In this document: positions 37,381-46,682 of the stretch, in pieces | Numbering within the stretch: the stretch's first letter is position 1 | Layout: each line of letters begins with the position of its first letter | Origin: Solirubrobacterales bacterium | GTDB taxonomy: Bacteria > Actinomycetota > Thermoleophilia > Solirubrobacterales > Solirubrobacteraceae | Direction of reading: 5' to 3' | Length of the DNA stretch: 48,618 nt | Assembly (NCBI GenBank): GCA_025964155.1 | Contig: JAOPZJ010000025.1 | Span: 1-48,618 of the forward strand | Position numbers and translations under genes: made by a program | Notes under the pieces: model-generated | Databases searched by the model: none | What the model saw: only the letters and a program-made list of their open reading frames with translations | Told to the model about the DNA's origin: nothing

Positions 37381-38667
37381 GTGACCGGCCCCGCGGCTGC
37401 CCTGGAGCGCGCCGCCCGCGAGGAGGGTGGCCGCATCCTGGCCACCCTCATCCGGCACCTCGGCGGGGACTTCACCCTCGCCGAGGACGCGCTTCAGGAC
37501 GCGTACGCCGACGCCGCGGAGCGCTGGCCGCGCGACGGGGTCCCGCAGGTCCCGGTCGCCTGGCTGACGACCGCCGCGCGGCGCCGCGCGATCGACCGGC
37601 TGCGCCGCGGCCGCACCGAGGACGGCCGGATCAGGACGCTCGAGGCGCTCGCCCGCCACGAGGCCAAGTCCGGCCCCGACGATCAGGACTCTCACGAGGA
37701 GGAGGCAGACGACATGGACACGCAACTCGTCGACGACCGCCTCCGGCTGCTCTTCACCTGCTGCCACCCCGCGCTGGCCATGGAGGCGCGCGTGGCGCTC
37801 ACGCTGAAGTGCCTGGGCGGCCTGGACACCGGCGCCGTCGCGGCCGCCTTCCTGGTGCCGCAGGCGACGATGGCGCAGCGCCTGGTGCGTGCCAAGCGCA
37901 AGATCAGCGCCGCCGGGATTCCCTACCGCGTCCCGCGTGACGCCGAGCTCCCGGACCGGCTCGCGGGCGTGCTCCGCGTGCTGTACCTCGTGTTCACCGA
38001 GGGCCACACCGCCAGCTCCGGGGACGCGCTGAGCCGTGACGAGCTGTGCGCGGAGGCGATCCGGCTGACGCGTCTGCTGGTTACGCTGATGCCGGACGAG
38101 CCCGAGGCCGCTGGCCTGCTCGCGCTGATGCTGCTGCACGACGCCCGCCGGCCGGCGCGCGTGTCGGCTCGTGGCGACCGCGCCGTGACGCTGGACCGGC
38201 AGGACCGCACGCGCTGGAACGCGGAGCTGATCGCCGAAGGCGACGAGCTCTTGCGTGCGGCGCTGCGCCGGCGGGCACCCGGCCCCTTCCAGCTCCAGGC
38301 GGCGATCGCCGCAGTCCACGCGACCGCCCCGACCGCGGAGGCGACCGACTGGGCGCAGATCGCCGCGCTCTACGACGTCCTGCTGACGCTTGACCCCTCT
38401 CCGGTGGTCGCGGTCAACCGGGCTGTCGCGATCGGGTTCGCGCGGGGACCGCAGGACGGTCTCATCGCCCTGGCCGGCGCGGATCCGGAGGGCCGCCTGG
38501 AGCGATACGCACCGGCGCATGCGGCACGGGCCGACCTGCTGCGCCGGGCGGGGGACGCGGCGGGTGCCGACGCCGCGTACGCGCAGGCGATCGCGTGCGC
38601 GGACAACGGTGCGCAGCAGGACGAGCTGCGCGCGCGGCGTGCGAGGGCGGCGGACTCGCGGTCCTGA
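37381..38667 (+). CDS. ECF42-group sigma factor with C-terminal TPR-like extension
   Basis: AEDALQDA, WL.T.ARRRAIDRLRR, DDRLRLLFTCCHPAL, TMAQRLVRAKRKI, YLVFTEG, LQAAIAAVH, TDW.QI..LY. Confidence 0.93.
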   Translation: MTGPAAALERAAREEGGRILATLIRHLGGDFTLAEDALQDAYADAAERWPRDGVPQVPVAWLTTAARRRAIDRLRRGRTEDGRIRTLEALARHEAKSGPDDQDSHEEEADDMDTQLVDDRLRLLFTCCHPALAMEARVALTLKCLGGLDTGAVAAAFLVPQATMAQRLVRAKRKISAAGIPYRVPRDAELPDRLAGVLRVLYLVFTEGHTASSGDALSRDELCAEAIRLTRLLVTLMPDEPEAAGLLALMLLHDARRPARVSARGDRAVTLDRQDRTRWNAELIAEGDELLRAALRRRAPGPFQLQAAIAAVHATAPTAEATDWAQIAALYDVLLTLDPSPVVAVNRAVAIGFARGPQDGLIALAGADPEGRLERYAPAHAARADLLRRAGDAAGADAAYAQAIACADNGAQQDELRARRARAADSRS

Positions 38668-38684
38668 CCTACCGCGCGACCGCC

Positions 38685-38743
38685 TTTCCCTACCGGATCG
38701 GTGCGGAAAAACACCTGATCTTCGGTCAGGAATTGGCTATTCT
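38685..38743 (+). promoter_or_regulatory. Two abutting 25-bp imperfect palindromes (Rrf2/IscR/CymR-like operators) plus -10 box
   Basis: TTTCCCTACCGGATCGGTGCGGAAA (38685-38709), AACACCTGATCTTCGGTCAGGAATT (38710-38734), then TATTCT (38738-38743) 6 nt before ATG. Confidence 0.65.
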
Positions 38744-38749
38744 CCGCGC

Positions 38750-40552
38750 ATGAGTGTTTCTGGCCGCGGCTCCCTGAGCGATCCCGAGATCTACGAGAAC
38801 GTCCCGGGGCACGTCATCCCGATCATCGAGCGCGAGTTCGACGACTTCGACACCGAGGCGCACAAGTACCTCGACGGCGACACCGAGGAGACCGAGTTCA
38901 TCGGCTTCCGCCTGAAGCAGGGCGTCTACGGGCAGCGTCAGCCCAACGTCAACATGGTCCGCGTGAAGCTGCCCTTCGGTGGCGTCACCCCCGACCAGAT
39001 GGACGCCTTCGCGGACGTCATCGAGCGCCACGCGCCCCTGAACAAGGGCCACATCACGACGCGGCAGAACGTGCAGATCCACCACGTGCCGCTCGCCGAG
39101 ATGGCCAAGCTCATCCGCACGATCTCCGCCGCCAAGCTCTCCAGCCGCGAGGGCTGCGGCAACACGGTGCGCAACGTCACCGGCGACCCGTTCGCCGGCG
39201 TCTGCACCGACGAGGTCTTCGACCCGACGCCGTACGTCGGGGCCTACGTGCGCTACTTCGTGCGCCACCCCACGACGCAGCTCATGCCGCGCAAGGTCAA
39301 GACCGCGTTCGACGGCTCGCCGTCCGCGGACCGCTCGATCACGAAGATCCACGACATCGCGTTCCTGTCGACGATCAGGGACGGCGTCAAGGGCTTCCAG
39401 ATCGTCGTCGGCGGCGGCACCTCGATCATGCCGCGCATCGCGCCCGTCCTGTGGGACTTCGCCCGCGCCGACGACGGCGAGTACCTGAAGATCGCCGAAG
39501 CCGTCTTCCGCATCTTCGACGCCCAGGACTGGCTGCGCGCCAACCGTGCCCGCGCCCGCATCAAGGTGCTCGTCGACCGCGACGGCATCGACGCCGTGCG
39601 CGACATGGTCGTCAAGGAACTCGAGGGTGACTGGGTCAACGAGCGCGACTTCTCGATCGACGCGAAGCTCTTCGTCATCGACGAGGAGTCCGCCGCCCCG
39701 CCGCTGCCGGCCGCGTTCTCCTCCCCGAACGGCGACGCCGCCGGCTTCGAGGCCTTCCGCGAGTACAACGTGCAGCCCCAGCGCCAGGAGGGCTTCAGCA
39801 CGGTCGAGGTCAAGATCGAGCGCGGCGACCTGACGCCCGAAGAGTTCCGCGCGCTCGGCCAGATCATGCGCGACTACAGCGGCGGCTTTGCCCGCACGAC
39901 GGTGCAGCAGAACCTCGTCCTGCGCTGGGTCCGCAACGAGTCCGTCTACGACGTGTGGCGCGAGCTGAAGGCCCTCGGCTTCGGCGACCCGGGCGTGCGG
40001 ACGATCACGGACATCGTCTCCTGCCCCGGCACCGACTCCTGCAAGATGGGCATCACGAGCTCGATGGGCCTGAACCGCGCCGTCAAGGAGCGCGTCGACG
40101 CGATGAACATCACCGACACGCTCACGCGCGACGTCAAGATCAAGATGTCGGGCTGCCCCAACGGCTGCTCACAGCACCACATCGCGAACATCGGGTTCTA
40201 CGGCGCCTCGATCAAGGTCGGCGAGCACACCATCCCCGCCTACGTCGCCCACATCGGCGGCGTGTACGAGAACGGCGAGGTCAAGTACGGCACGCGCCTG
40301 AAGGTGCGCCTGCCGGCCAAGCGCGTCCCGGACGTCGTCGAGAGCTGGATCCGGATGTACGAGGCCGACCGCGAGCCGGGCGAGCCGTTCAACGACTTCG
40401 CCACGCGCGTGGGCACCAAGGCATTCGAGGATGTCGCCAGGCCGCTGGCGCTGCCCGCCGAGTTCGGGCTGGAGACGATGAACGAGTTCATCGACTGGAC
40501 CAAGAACGTGCCCTTCGTCGTCGCGCGCGGCGAGGGCGAGTGCGCGGTCTAG
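38750..40552 (+). CDS. sir: Ferredoxin-dependent sulfite reductase (siroheme/4Fe-4S)
   Basis: RLKQGVYGQRQ, HITTRQNVQ, MPRKVK, SCPGTDSC and SGCPNGC cluster/siroheme cysteines. First gene of the cys operon. Confidence 0.9.
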   Translation: MSVSGRGSLSDPEIYENVPGHVIPIIEREFDDFDTEAHKYLDGDTEETEFIGFRLKQGVYGQRQPNVNMVRVKLPFGGVTPDQMDAFADVIERHAPLNKGHITTRQNVQIHHVPLAEMAKLIRTISAAKLSSREGCGNTVRNVTGDPFAGVCTDEVFDPTPYVGAYVRYFVRHPTTQLMPRKVKTAFDGSPSADRSITKIHDIAFLSTIRDGVKGFQIVVGGGTSIMPRIAPVLWDFARADDGEYLKIAEAVFRIFDAQDWLRANRARARIKVLVDRDGIDAVRDMVVKELEGDWVNERDFSIDAKLFVIDEESAAPPLPAAFSSPNGDAAGFEAFREYNVQPQRQEGFSTVEVKIERGDLTPEEFRALGQIMRDYSGGFARTTVQQNLVLRWVRNESVYDVWRELKALGFGDPGVRTITDIVSCPGTDSCKMGITSSMGLNRAVKERVDAMNITDTLTRDVKIKMSGCPNGCSQHHIANIGFYGASIKVGEHTIPAYVAHIGGVYENGEVKYGTRLKVRLPAKRVPDVVESWIRMYEADREPGEPFNDFATRVGTKAFEDVARPLALPAEFGLETMNEFIDWTKNVPFVVARGEGECAV

Positions 40553-40556
40553 CCCC

Positions 40557-41222
40557 ATGAGCCAGCTCGCCGAAGACCTCGAGCAGACGCTCGCCAAGGC
40601 CGTGACCCATGAGCCGCTCGTCTTTCTGTGCTCGTTCCAGAAGGAGGAGTCGGTGATCCTCGGCGAGCTCGTCCGCCTCGGTGCCCTGGATCGCGTACGC
40701 GTGGTCACGATCGACACCGGTGTCCTGTTCCCCGAGACCCTCCAGACCTGGAAGGCCTTCGAGGACCACTACGGCGTGGACATCGCCGTGGAGGACGCCG
40801 CGAGCAGCGGCACGCCGTGGAGCGGCCCCGAGCACTGCTGCGGCGACGACAAGGTCGCCGCGCTGGAGCGCTCGCTCGACGGTGCCCAGGCCTGGATCAC
40901 GGGCATCCGCCGCGAGCAGTCCGAGACCCGTGCGGGCGCCCAGCTCATCGAGTGGGATCAGCGCCGCGACATGTGGAAGTACAACCCGCTCGCCGCGTGG
41001 ACCGACAAGGACCTGTGGCAGCGCATCACCGATCAGGGGCTGCCCTACCACCCGCTGCACGACCAGGGGTACGCGTCGATCGGCTGCGCCCCGTGCACCT
41101 TGCCCGGCTCCGGCCGGGAAGGCCGCTGGGCGGGCACCGAGAAGACCGAGTGCGGGCTGCACGTCGATGGCGTCGCCGCCGACGACAGCGTCGTCGTCAT
41201 TCAGAGCGGCACCACTCCGTGA
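40557..41222 (+). CDS. cysH: Adenosine 5'-phosphosulfate reductase (4Fe-4S CysH)
   Basis: IDTGVLFPET, CC pair (HCCG), WITGIRR, SIGCAPCT, REGRW, KTECGLH. Confidence 0.92.
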   Translation: MSQLAEDLEQTLAKAVTHEPLVFLCSFQKEESVILGELVRLGALDRVRVVTIDTGVLFPETLQTWKAFEDHYGVDIAVEDAASSGTPWSGPEHCCGDDKVAALERSLDGAQAWITGIRREQSETRAGAQLIEWDQRRDMWKYNPLAAWTDKDLWQRITDQGLPYHPLHDQGYASIGCAPCTLPGSGREGRWAGTEKTECGLHVDGVAADDSVVVIQSGTTP

Positions 41223-42145
41223 CCCTCGACCCGCTCGTCATCAGCTTCGGCCTCGGGGTCGGCGTGCTGGTCGGCCTGACCGGAATCGGCGGCGGGTCGC
41301 TCATGACCCCGCTGCTGATCCTGTTTGCCGGCGTCCAGCCCGTGGTGGCGATCGGGACCGACCTCGCCTACGGCGCGATCACGAAGACCCTCGGCGGCTG
41401 GCGTCACTTCAGGAAGGGGACCGTCGATCTCGGCGTCTCCAAGTGGCTGGCGGTGGGCTCGGTCCCCGGCTCGCTGGTCGGCGTCGCGCTCGTGAACGAG
41501 CTGCACCGCAAATACGGCAAGGGCTTCGACGACGTGCTGCTCATCAGCATTGCGGTCGCGCTCGCGATCGTCGCCGGCACCGTCCTCACGCGCGCGCTGT
41601 TCATGCCGGCCCTCGTGGCGCGTGAGCAGCACAGCGTCACGCTGACCCGATCCGTCAGGGTCGGAGCCTCCGGCATCGGGTTCGTCCTGGGCCTCCTCGT
41701 CGGCATGACGAGCGTCGGCTCGGGCGCGCTCATCGGCCTCGCGCTCATCCTCGTCTTCCGCCTGACTCCGCACCGCGTCGTCGGGACCGACGTCTTCCAC
41801 GCCGCGATCCTGCTGTGGGCCGCGGGCCTGGCGCACTGGTTCACCGGCAGCGTGGACCTCGTGCTCATGGCGAACATCCTCATCGGCTCGCTGCCCGGCG
41901 TGCTGATCGGCACGCACCTCATCACCAGAGTGCCCGCCGCCGGGCTGCGGCCCGCGCTGGGCTGCGTCCTGCTCGGCTCCGCCCTCGGCGTCCTGAGCAA
42001 GGCGGGCGTCGCCGTTCCCACGTGGGCCATCCCCGGCGTCCCGGCGCTCACCGGCCTGGCCGCCTTCCTCGTCCACCGCACGCGCGTGGCGGCGCTGGCG
42101 GCCCGCACCGCCACCGAACCCCGTCCGGAGGTCGCACCAGCATGA
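41219..42145 (+). CDS. TauE/SafE (TSUP) family sulfur-compound permease
   Basis: VGLTGIGGGSLMTP, AIGTDL, VGMTSVGSG, VVGTDVFHA. Translationally coupled on both sides. Confidence 0.92.
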   Translation: MTLDPLVISFGLGVGVLVGLTGIGGGSLMTPLLILFAGVQPVVAIGTDLAYGAITKTLGGWRHFRKGTVDLGVSKWLAVGSVPGSLVGVALVNELHRKYGKGFDDVLLISIAVALAIVAGTVLTRALFMPALVAREQHSVTLTRSVRVGASGIGFVLGLLVGMTSVGSGALIGLALILVFRLTPHRVVGTDVFHAAILLWAAGLAHWFTGSVDLVLMANILIGSLPGVLIGTHLITRVPAAGLRPALGCVLLGSALGVLSKAGVAVPTWAIPGVPALTGLAAFLVHRTRVAALAARTATEPRPEVAPA

Positions 42146-43068
42146 GCACCCAGATCGATACACCGACCCTCAAGCTCAGCCACCTGCGCGTCCTCGAGGC
42201 GGAGGCGATCCACATCATGCGTGAGGTCGCGGCCGAGCTCGAGAAGCCGGTGCTGCTGTTCAGCGGTGGCAAGGACTCGATCGTGCTGCTGCGCCTGGCG
42301 GAGAAGGCCTTCCGTCCCGGCCGCTTCCCGTTCCCGCTCATGCACGTGGACACCGGGCACAACTTCCCGGAGGTCATCGAGTTCCGCGACCGCCGCGTCG
42401 CCGAGCTCGGCGAGCGCCTGATCGTCGCCTCGGTGCAGGAGTCGATCGACAAGGGCCGCGTCCAGGAGGAGAGCGGCCCGCGCGCCTCGCGCAACCGCCT
42501 GCAGACGACGACGCTGCTGGACGCGATCGAGGCGCACGGCTTCGACGCGGCCTTCGGCGGCGCGCGCCGCGACGAGGAGCGTGCCCGGGCCAAGGAGCGC
42601 ATCTTCAGCTTCCGCGACGACTTCGGCACCTGGGACCCCAAGCGCCAGCGTCCGGAGCTGTGGTCGCTGTACAACGGGCGTGTCGCCCGCGGCGAGAGCG
42701 TCCGGGTCTTCCCGCTGTCCAACTGGACCGAGCTGGACGTGTGGCAGTACATCGCCGAGGAGAACCTCGAGGTGCCGAACATCTACTTCGCCCACGAGCG
42801 CGAGGTCTTCAAGCGCGACGGCATGCTCTACGCGACGTCTGACCACATGGAGCTGATGGACGGCGAAGAGCCGTTCACGACCTCCGTGCGCTACCGCACC
42901 GTCGGCGACATGTCGTGCACCGGCGCCGTCGCCTCGACCGCCGCGGACCTGGACACCGTCGTCGGCGAGATCGCCGCCACACGCATCACCGAGCGTGGCG
43001 AGACGCGCGCTGACGACCGCGTGACCGAGGCCGCGATGGAAGACCGCAAGGTCGCCGGCTACTTCTAG
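42142..43068 (+). CDS. cysD: Sulfate adenylyltransferase subunit 2
   Basis: LEAEAIHIMREV, FSGGKDS (PP-loop), GGARRDEERARAKER, RVFPLSNWTELDVW, MEDRK..GYF. Confidence 0.97.
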   Translation: MSTQIDTPTLKLSHLRVLEAEAIHIMREVAAELEKPVLLFSGGKDSIVLLRLAEKAFRPGRFPFPLMHVDTGHNFPEVIEFRDRRVAELGERLIVASVQESIDKGRVQEESGPRASRNRLQTTTLLDAIEAHGFDAAFGGARRDEERARAKERIFSFRDDFGTWDPKRQRPELWSLYNGRVARGESVRVFPLSNWTELDVWQYIAEENLEVPNIYFAHEREVFKRDGMLYATSDHMELMDGEEPFTTSVRYRTVGDMSCTGAVASTAADLDTVVGEIAATRITERGETRADDRVTEAAMEDRKVAGYF

Positions 43069-43103
43069 GCCGCCGAACCCGCCGACCACCCCTCCCGCCC
43101 CGA

Positions 43104-44378
43104 ATGAGCACCCCCGTGACGACCATCGAGACCTCCATGCTGCGGATCGCCACCGCAGGCTCCGTCGACGACGGCAAGTCCACCCTCATCGGGCGGCTGC
43201 TGTACGACTCCAAGGCGATCCTGGCCGACCAGCTCGAGCAGGTCCAGGAGGCCTCCGAGCGGCGCTCGGGCGCCGGGGGCCTGGACCTGTCGCTCCTGAC
43301 GGACGGGCTTCGTGCCGAGCGCGAGCAGGGCATCACGATCGACGTCGCCTACCGCTACTTCCAGACCGCACGCCGCAAGTTCGTGCTGGCGGACACGCCC
43401 GGGCACGTGCAGTACACGCGCAACATGGTCACCGGCGCGTCCACGGCCGACGTCGCGATCATCCTCGTCGACGCCCGCCACGGCGTCGTCGAGCAGACCC
43501 GCCGGCACACCTTCATCGCGTCGCTGCTGGGCATCCCGCACCTCGCGGTCTGCGTCAACAAGATGGACCTCGTCGGCTACGCCGAGGACGTGTTCGACGG
43601 CATCGTGCGCGAGTTCTGCGCGCTCGCCCGCCAGCTCGGCGTCCTGGACGTGCAGTTCTTCCCGATCAGCGCGCTGCAGGGCGACAACGTCGTGGACGGC
43701 TCGGAGGCGATGGCCTGGTACGCGGGCACGCCGCTGCTCGAGCACCTGGAGACGCTGTCGCTCGCCGACGATCCCGCCGGGCACGATGCGCGCTTCCCCG
43801 TCCAGTGGGTCATCCGCGACCACGACGCCGACTACCGCGGCTACGCCGGCACGATGGCCGGTGGCGTGCTGCGCCCGGGTGACGACGTCGTCGTCCTCCC
43901 CAGCGGCGTACGCACCCGGATCGCCGCGGTCGAGACCTTCGACGGCGAACTGGATGCGGCGGCCGCCCCCATGTCGGTGACGCTGCGCCTGGCCGACAAC
44001 GTCGACGCGTCGCGCGGGGACCTCATCGCGCGGGCGCCGTCCAGCGACGAGATCGCGCCCACGGTCACCCGCCTGGTGACCGCCGACGTGTGCTGGATGG
44101 CCGAGGCACCGCTGCGCCAGGGCGCGCGCCTGGCCCTCAAGCACACGACGGCGAGCGTGCGCGCGGTCGTCGACGGGCTCGATGACGTCGTGGACATCAG
44201 CACACTGGAGCGCGTCGCCGCCCCCGAGCAGCTTGGGCTCAACGACATCGGCCAGGTGCGCCTGCGGGTCTCGCGCGAGCTCGCCGTCGACCCGTACGCG
44301 CTGAACCGCACGACCGGCTCGTTCATCCTCATCGACGAGGCCAGCAACGAGACCGTCGGCGCGGGCATGATCCGCTGA
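43104..44378 (+). CDS. cysN: Sulfate adenylyltransferase subunit 1 (GTPase, no APS kinase domain)
   Basis: AGSVDDGKSTLIGRLL, EREQGITIDVAYRYF, DTPGH.QYTRNM, NKMD, TGSFILID..SNETVGAGMI. Confidence 0.96.
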   Translation: MSTPVTTIETSMLRIATAGSVDDGKSTLIGRLLYDSKAILADQLEQVQEASERRSGAGGLDLSLLTDGLRAEREQGITIDVAYRYFQTARRKFVLADTPGHVQYTRNMVTGASTADVAIILVDARHGVVEQTRRHTFIASLLGIPHLAVCVNKMDLVGYAEDVFDGIVREFCALARQLGVLDVQFFPISALQGDNVVDGSEAMAWYAGTPLLEHLETLSLADDPAGHDARFPVQWVIRDHDADYRGYAGTMAGGVLRPGDDVVVLPSGVRTRIAAVETFDGELDAAAAPMSVTLRLADNVDASRGDLIARAPSSDEIAPTVTRLVTADVCWMAEAPLRQGARLALKHTTASVRAVVDGLDDVVDISTLERVAAPEQLGLNDIGQVRLRVSRELAVDPYALNRTTGSFILIDEASNETVGAGMIR

Positions 44379-44422
44379 CGGGAGTTGCGGGGTCACCGGG
44401 CCGGGAGCGAGAGGGCCGCGGC

Positions 44423-45074
44423 CCACGGTTCCGCGACCACGGAGGTCACCAAACCACGGACGACCGCCGGGCGCGCGGGCGACCGGTGGTGCGCTTCAAC
44501 GGCGGGCGCTGACGCGCGAGTGCGAGGCGCCTGTGGCGCTGACGCGAGCGAGCCCCGCGGGATGCGATGCGCTTGAACGGCGGGCATTGACGGCGGAGGG
44601 GGCGGCGGGACGGTGCGCGCGCGGCGGACCGTCGTGGCTGCGCGGCCGCCACGGGGTGGGTGCTCCTCACCAGGACAGACATCGTCACGAGCGCCCACCC
44701 CGTCCATCACCGCCGCCGACCAGACGCCCTTGCCGCTCGCGACGGCGGTGAGTGGAGGGGCCAGCGCCACAAGCGCTAGCGCCTGCGAGTGGCGCGTCGG
44801 TGCTCCTGGGCGGAGAACCGGCGGCGAGGGTGCATGGAGCCTGAGGCCCCACAGGGGTGGATGAAACTCCGTTCACATGCCGCGCGCATGCCTGCGGCAG
44901 GTGCGTGGAGCCTGAGGCCCCACAGGGGTGGATGAAACTCCGTTCACACCCCTGCAGCCCGCGGTTGGTGACCTCGGAGGACCGCCGGGCGCGCCGGCGG
45001 ACCGAAGGTGAACCACGGTTCCGCGACCACGGAGGTCACCACACGACGGACGACCGCCGGACGCCCCGGCGACT
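44423..45074. repeat. BIME-like mosaic of direct and inverted repeats in a 700-bp convergent intergenic region
   Basis: ~62-bp direct repeats at 44423-44484 and 45013-45074 (first 29 bp identical); 25-bp repeats at 44490-44514 and 44568-44592; 15-bp stem at 44651-44703; 49-bp repeats at 44829-44877 and 44900-44948. Confidence 0.85.
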
Positions 45075-45075
45075 G

Positions 45076-45927
45076 CTACGCGGTGAGGAGTGGGGGGCGC
45101 GCCGCGCCCAGCACGGCTCCGCCGAGGAGCACGAGCGTCAGGCCAAGGGCGACCACGACCCCGCCGCCGGCCGTCGCGCTCCACCGCTCGTCGAACAGCA
45201 GCGGCGCGAGCGCCACCGGGAGGGCCATCTCCAGCACGAACATCGGGGGCGCCGCGCGTGTGGCCTCCACCCGCTGCAGCGCGGTCATGTCGGTGAGGAA
45301 CCCGACGCCCGCGAACACCGCCGTCGCTGCGGCCCACGCCAGCGCCGGCAGCAGCCGGCTGCGCGCCAGTTCCGCGGTCACGAGCTTGCTCGTCACCGCC
45401 GACAGCGCAAAGGCACAGCCGGCGGCGAGGATGAGGCTCCACGCCGCGGTGTCGTCGCGTGCGGCCACGAACGGCCACGCCACGACTGCACCGAGCACCA
45501 CGAGGACCGCCGCGAGGGCGTAGGTCCCCGGGAGCGCGTCGGTGTGGGGAGGGCCGGCGAGCGCCAGGAGCACGACCCCGGCGATCACCGCGACGGCCGC
45601 AGCCCATTGGCGCAGACCGACGTGCTCGTGCAGCACGCGTGCGCCGCCCACCAGGAGCACGATCAGGCCGACCGCGAGCATCGGCTGCACGACGGTAAGC
45701 GGGGCCATGCTGAGGGCCAGCAACTGCAGCGGCCATCCGAGCAGGCCGATCACCGATCCCAGGACCCAGCGCGGGCGCTCCGCGAGCCGCCGCAGCAACG
45801 ACAACCGCAGCCCATGCGCAACCTCGACGGCCTGCGCCTCGGTGGCCTGCAGGATCACGGCGCCGTCGAAGCACACGGCCGCGAACGCGGCCGCCGCCAG
45901 CCCGGCCGACACCTGGCCATCCACCAT
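45076..45927 (-). CDS. DMT/EamA-like multi-pass membrane protein
   Basis: About 9 hydrophobic helices, LQLLALSMAPLTVVQPMLAVGL, LHEHVG motif typical of actinobacterial DMT-family proteins. Confidence 0.8.
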   Translation of the reverse strand: MVDGQVSAGLAAAAFAAVCFDGAVILQATEAQAVEVAHGLRLSLLRRLAERPRWVLGSVIGLLGWPLQLLALSMAPLTVVQPMLAVGLIVLLVGGARVLHEHVGLRQWAAAVAVIAGVVLLALAGPPHTDALPGTYALAAVLVVLGAVVAWPFVAARDDTAAWSLILAAGCAFALSAVTSKLVTAELARSRLLPALAWAAATAVFAGVGFLTDMTALQRVEATRAAPPMFVLEMALPVALAPLLFDERWSATAGGGVVVALGLTLVLLGGAVLGAARPPLLTA

Positions 45928-45974
45928 GCCGACAGCATGGCGGGTGGCGCGTCTCGGCGTGTCAAGATGCTCGC

Positions 45975-46682
45975 ATGGGCGGCCGCGTGTCCCTCAGCCT
46001 CGGAGTTGCCGGCCTGGCCGTCGCATGGTCCGGCGCGGCGGCGGCTCCGCTGGTGCCGCCGCTGGCATCAGGCCTACGGATCCCGCGTCGGCTCCCGATG
46101 GCTGCGGACGTCGCGCTCACCTTCGACGATGGCCCTCACCCACAGGGCACACCGGCCATGCTGGAAATCCTTCGCGACCATGGGGCGCTGGCCACGTTCT
46201 TCCTCATGGGCGAGCAGGTGCGGCGCGCCGCCACCCTCCGGGACGAGATCCTGGCTGCCGGCCACGCGATCGCCGTCCATGGCGACCGCCACCGCAACCT
46301 CTTGCGCCTGTCGCCCCGTGCGGTACGAACGGATCTGGATCGGGCGGCCGCGACCATCGGGGATGCGTGCCTGCCGGTCCATCGCGCGCCGTACGGCATC
46401 TACACGCCGGCGGCGCTGGTCGAGGTGCGGCGTCGCGGATGGACCCCGCTGCTGTGGTCGCGATGGGGTCGGGACTGGCAGGCCCGCGCGACGCCACGGA
46501 GCGTCACGGCGCACGTCACGCGGGCGCTGCGGGCGGGCGACGTGCTGCTGCTGCACGACGCCGACGACTACAGCGCGCCCGGCTCCTGGCGCACGACCGT
46601 GCGGGCGCTGCCCCACGTCCTGGACGCGATCGGCGCCGCGGGACTGCAGACCGCGGTCGTCAGGCCGGCGACGGCGCGCTGA
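45975..46682 (+). CDS. Polysaccharide deacetylase (NodB/CE4)
   Basis: ALTFDDGP, ATFFLMG, HGDRH metal-binding pair, RAPYG, DW, LLHDA; hydrophobic N-terminus. Confidence 0.92.
   Translation: MGGRVSLSLGVAGLAVAWSGAAAAPLVPPLASGLRIPRRLPMAADVALTFDDGPHPQGTPAMLEILRDHGALATFFLMGEQVRRAATLRDEILAAGHAIAVHGDRHRNLLRLSPRAVRTDLDRAAATIGDACLPVHRAPYGIYTPAALVEVRRRGWTPLLWSRWGRDWQARATPRSVTAHVTRALRAGDVLLLHDADDYSAPGSWRTTVRALPHVLDAIGAAGLQTAVVRPATAR

Noticed and set aside
38668-38749. SAM or other riboswitch before the cys operon
   Set aside because: The -10 box lies 6 nt from the ATG, leaving no leader. The palindromes are upstream of the promoter and fit DNA operators.
38750-40552. Nitrite reductase
   Set aside because: Same family, but the operon context (cysH, cysD, cysN) indicates sulfite reduction.
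44385-44876. Small ORFs in the repeat-rich intergenic region
   Set aside because: No SD or -10 support, no motifs, and they run through repeats and hairpins.
44829-44948. CRISPR array
   Set aside because: Only two 49-bp repeats, a 22-bp self-complementary spacer and no cas genes. The unit is related to dispersed palindromes elsewhere in the window.
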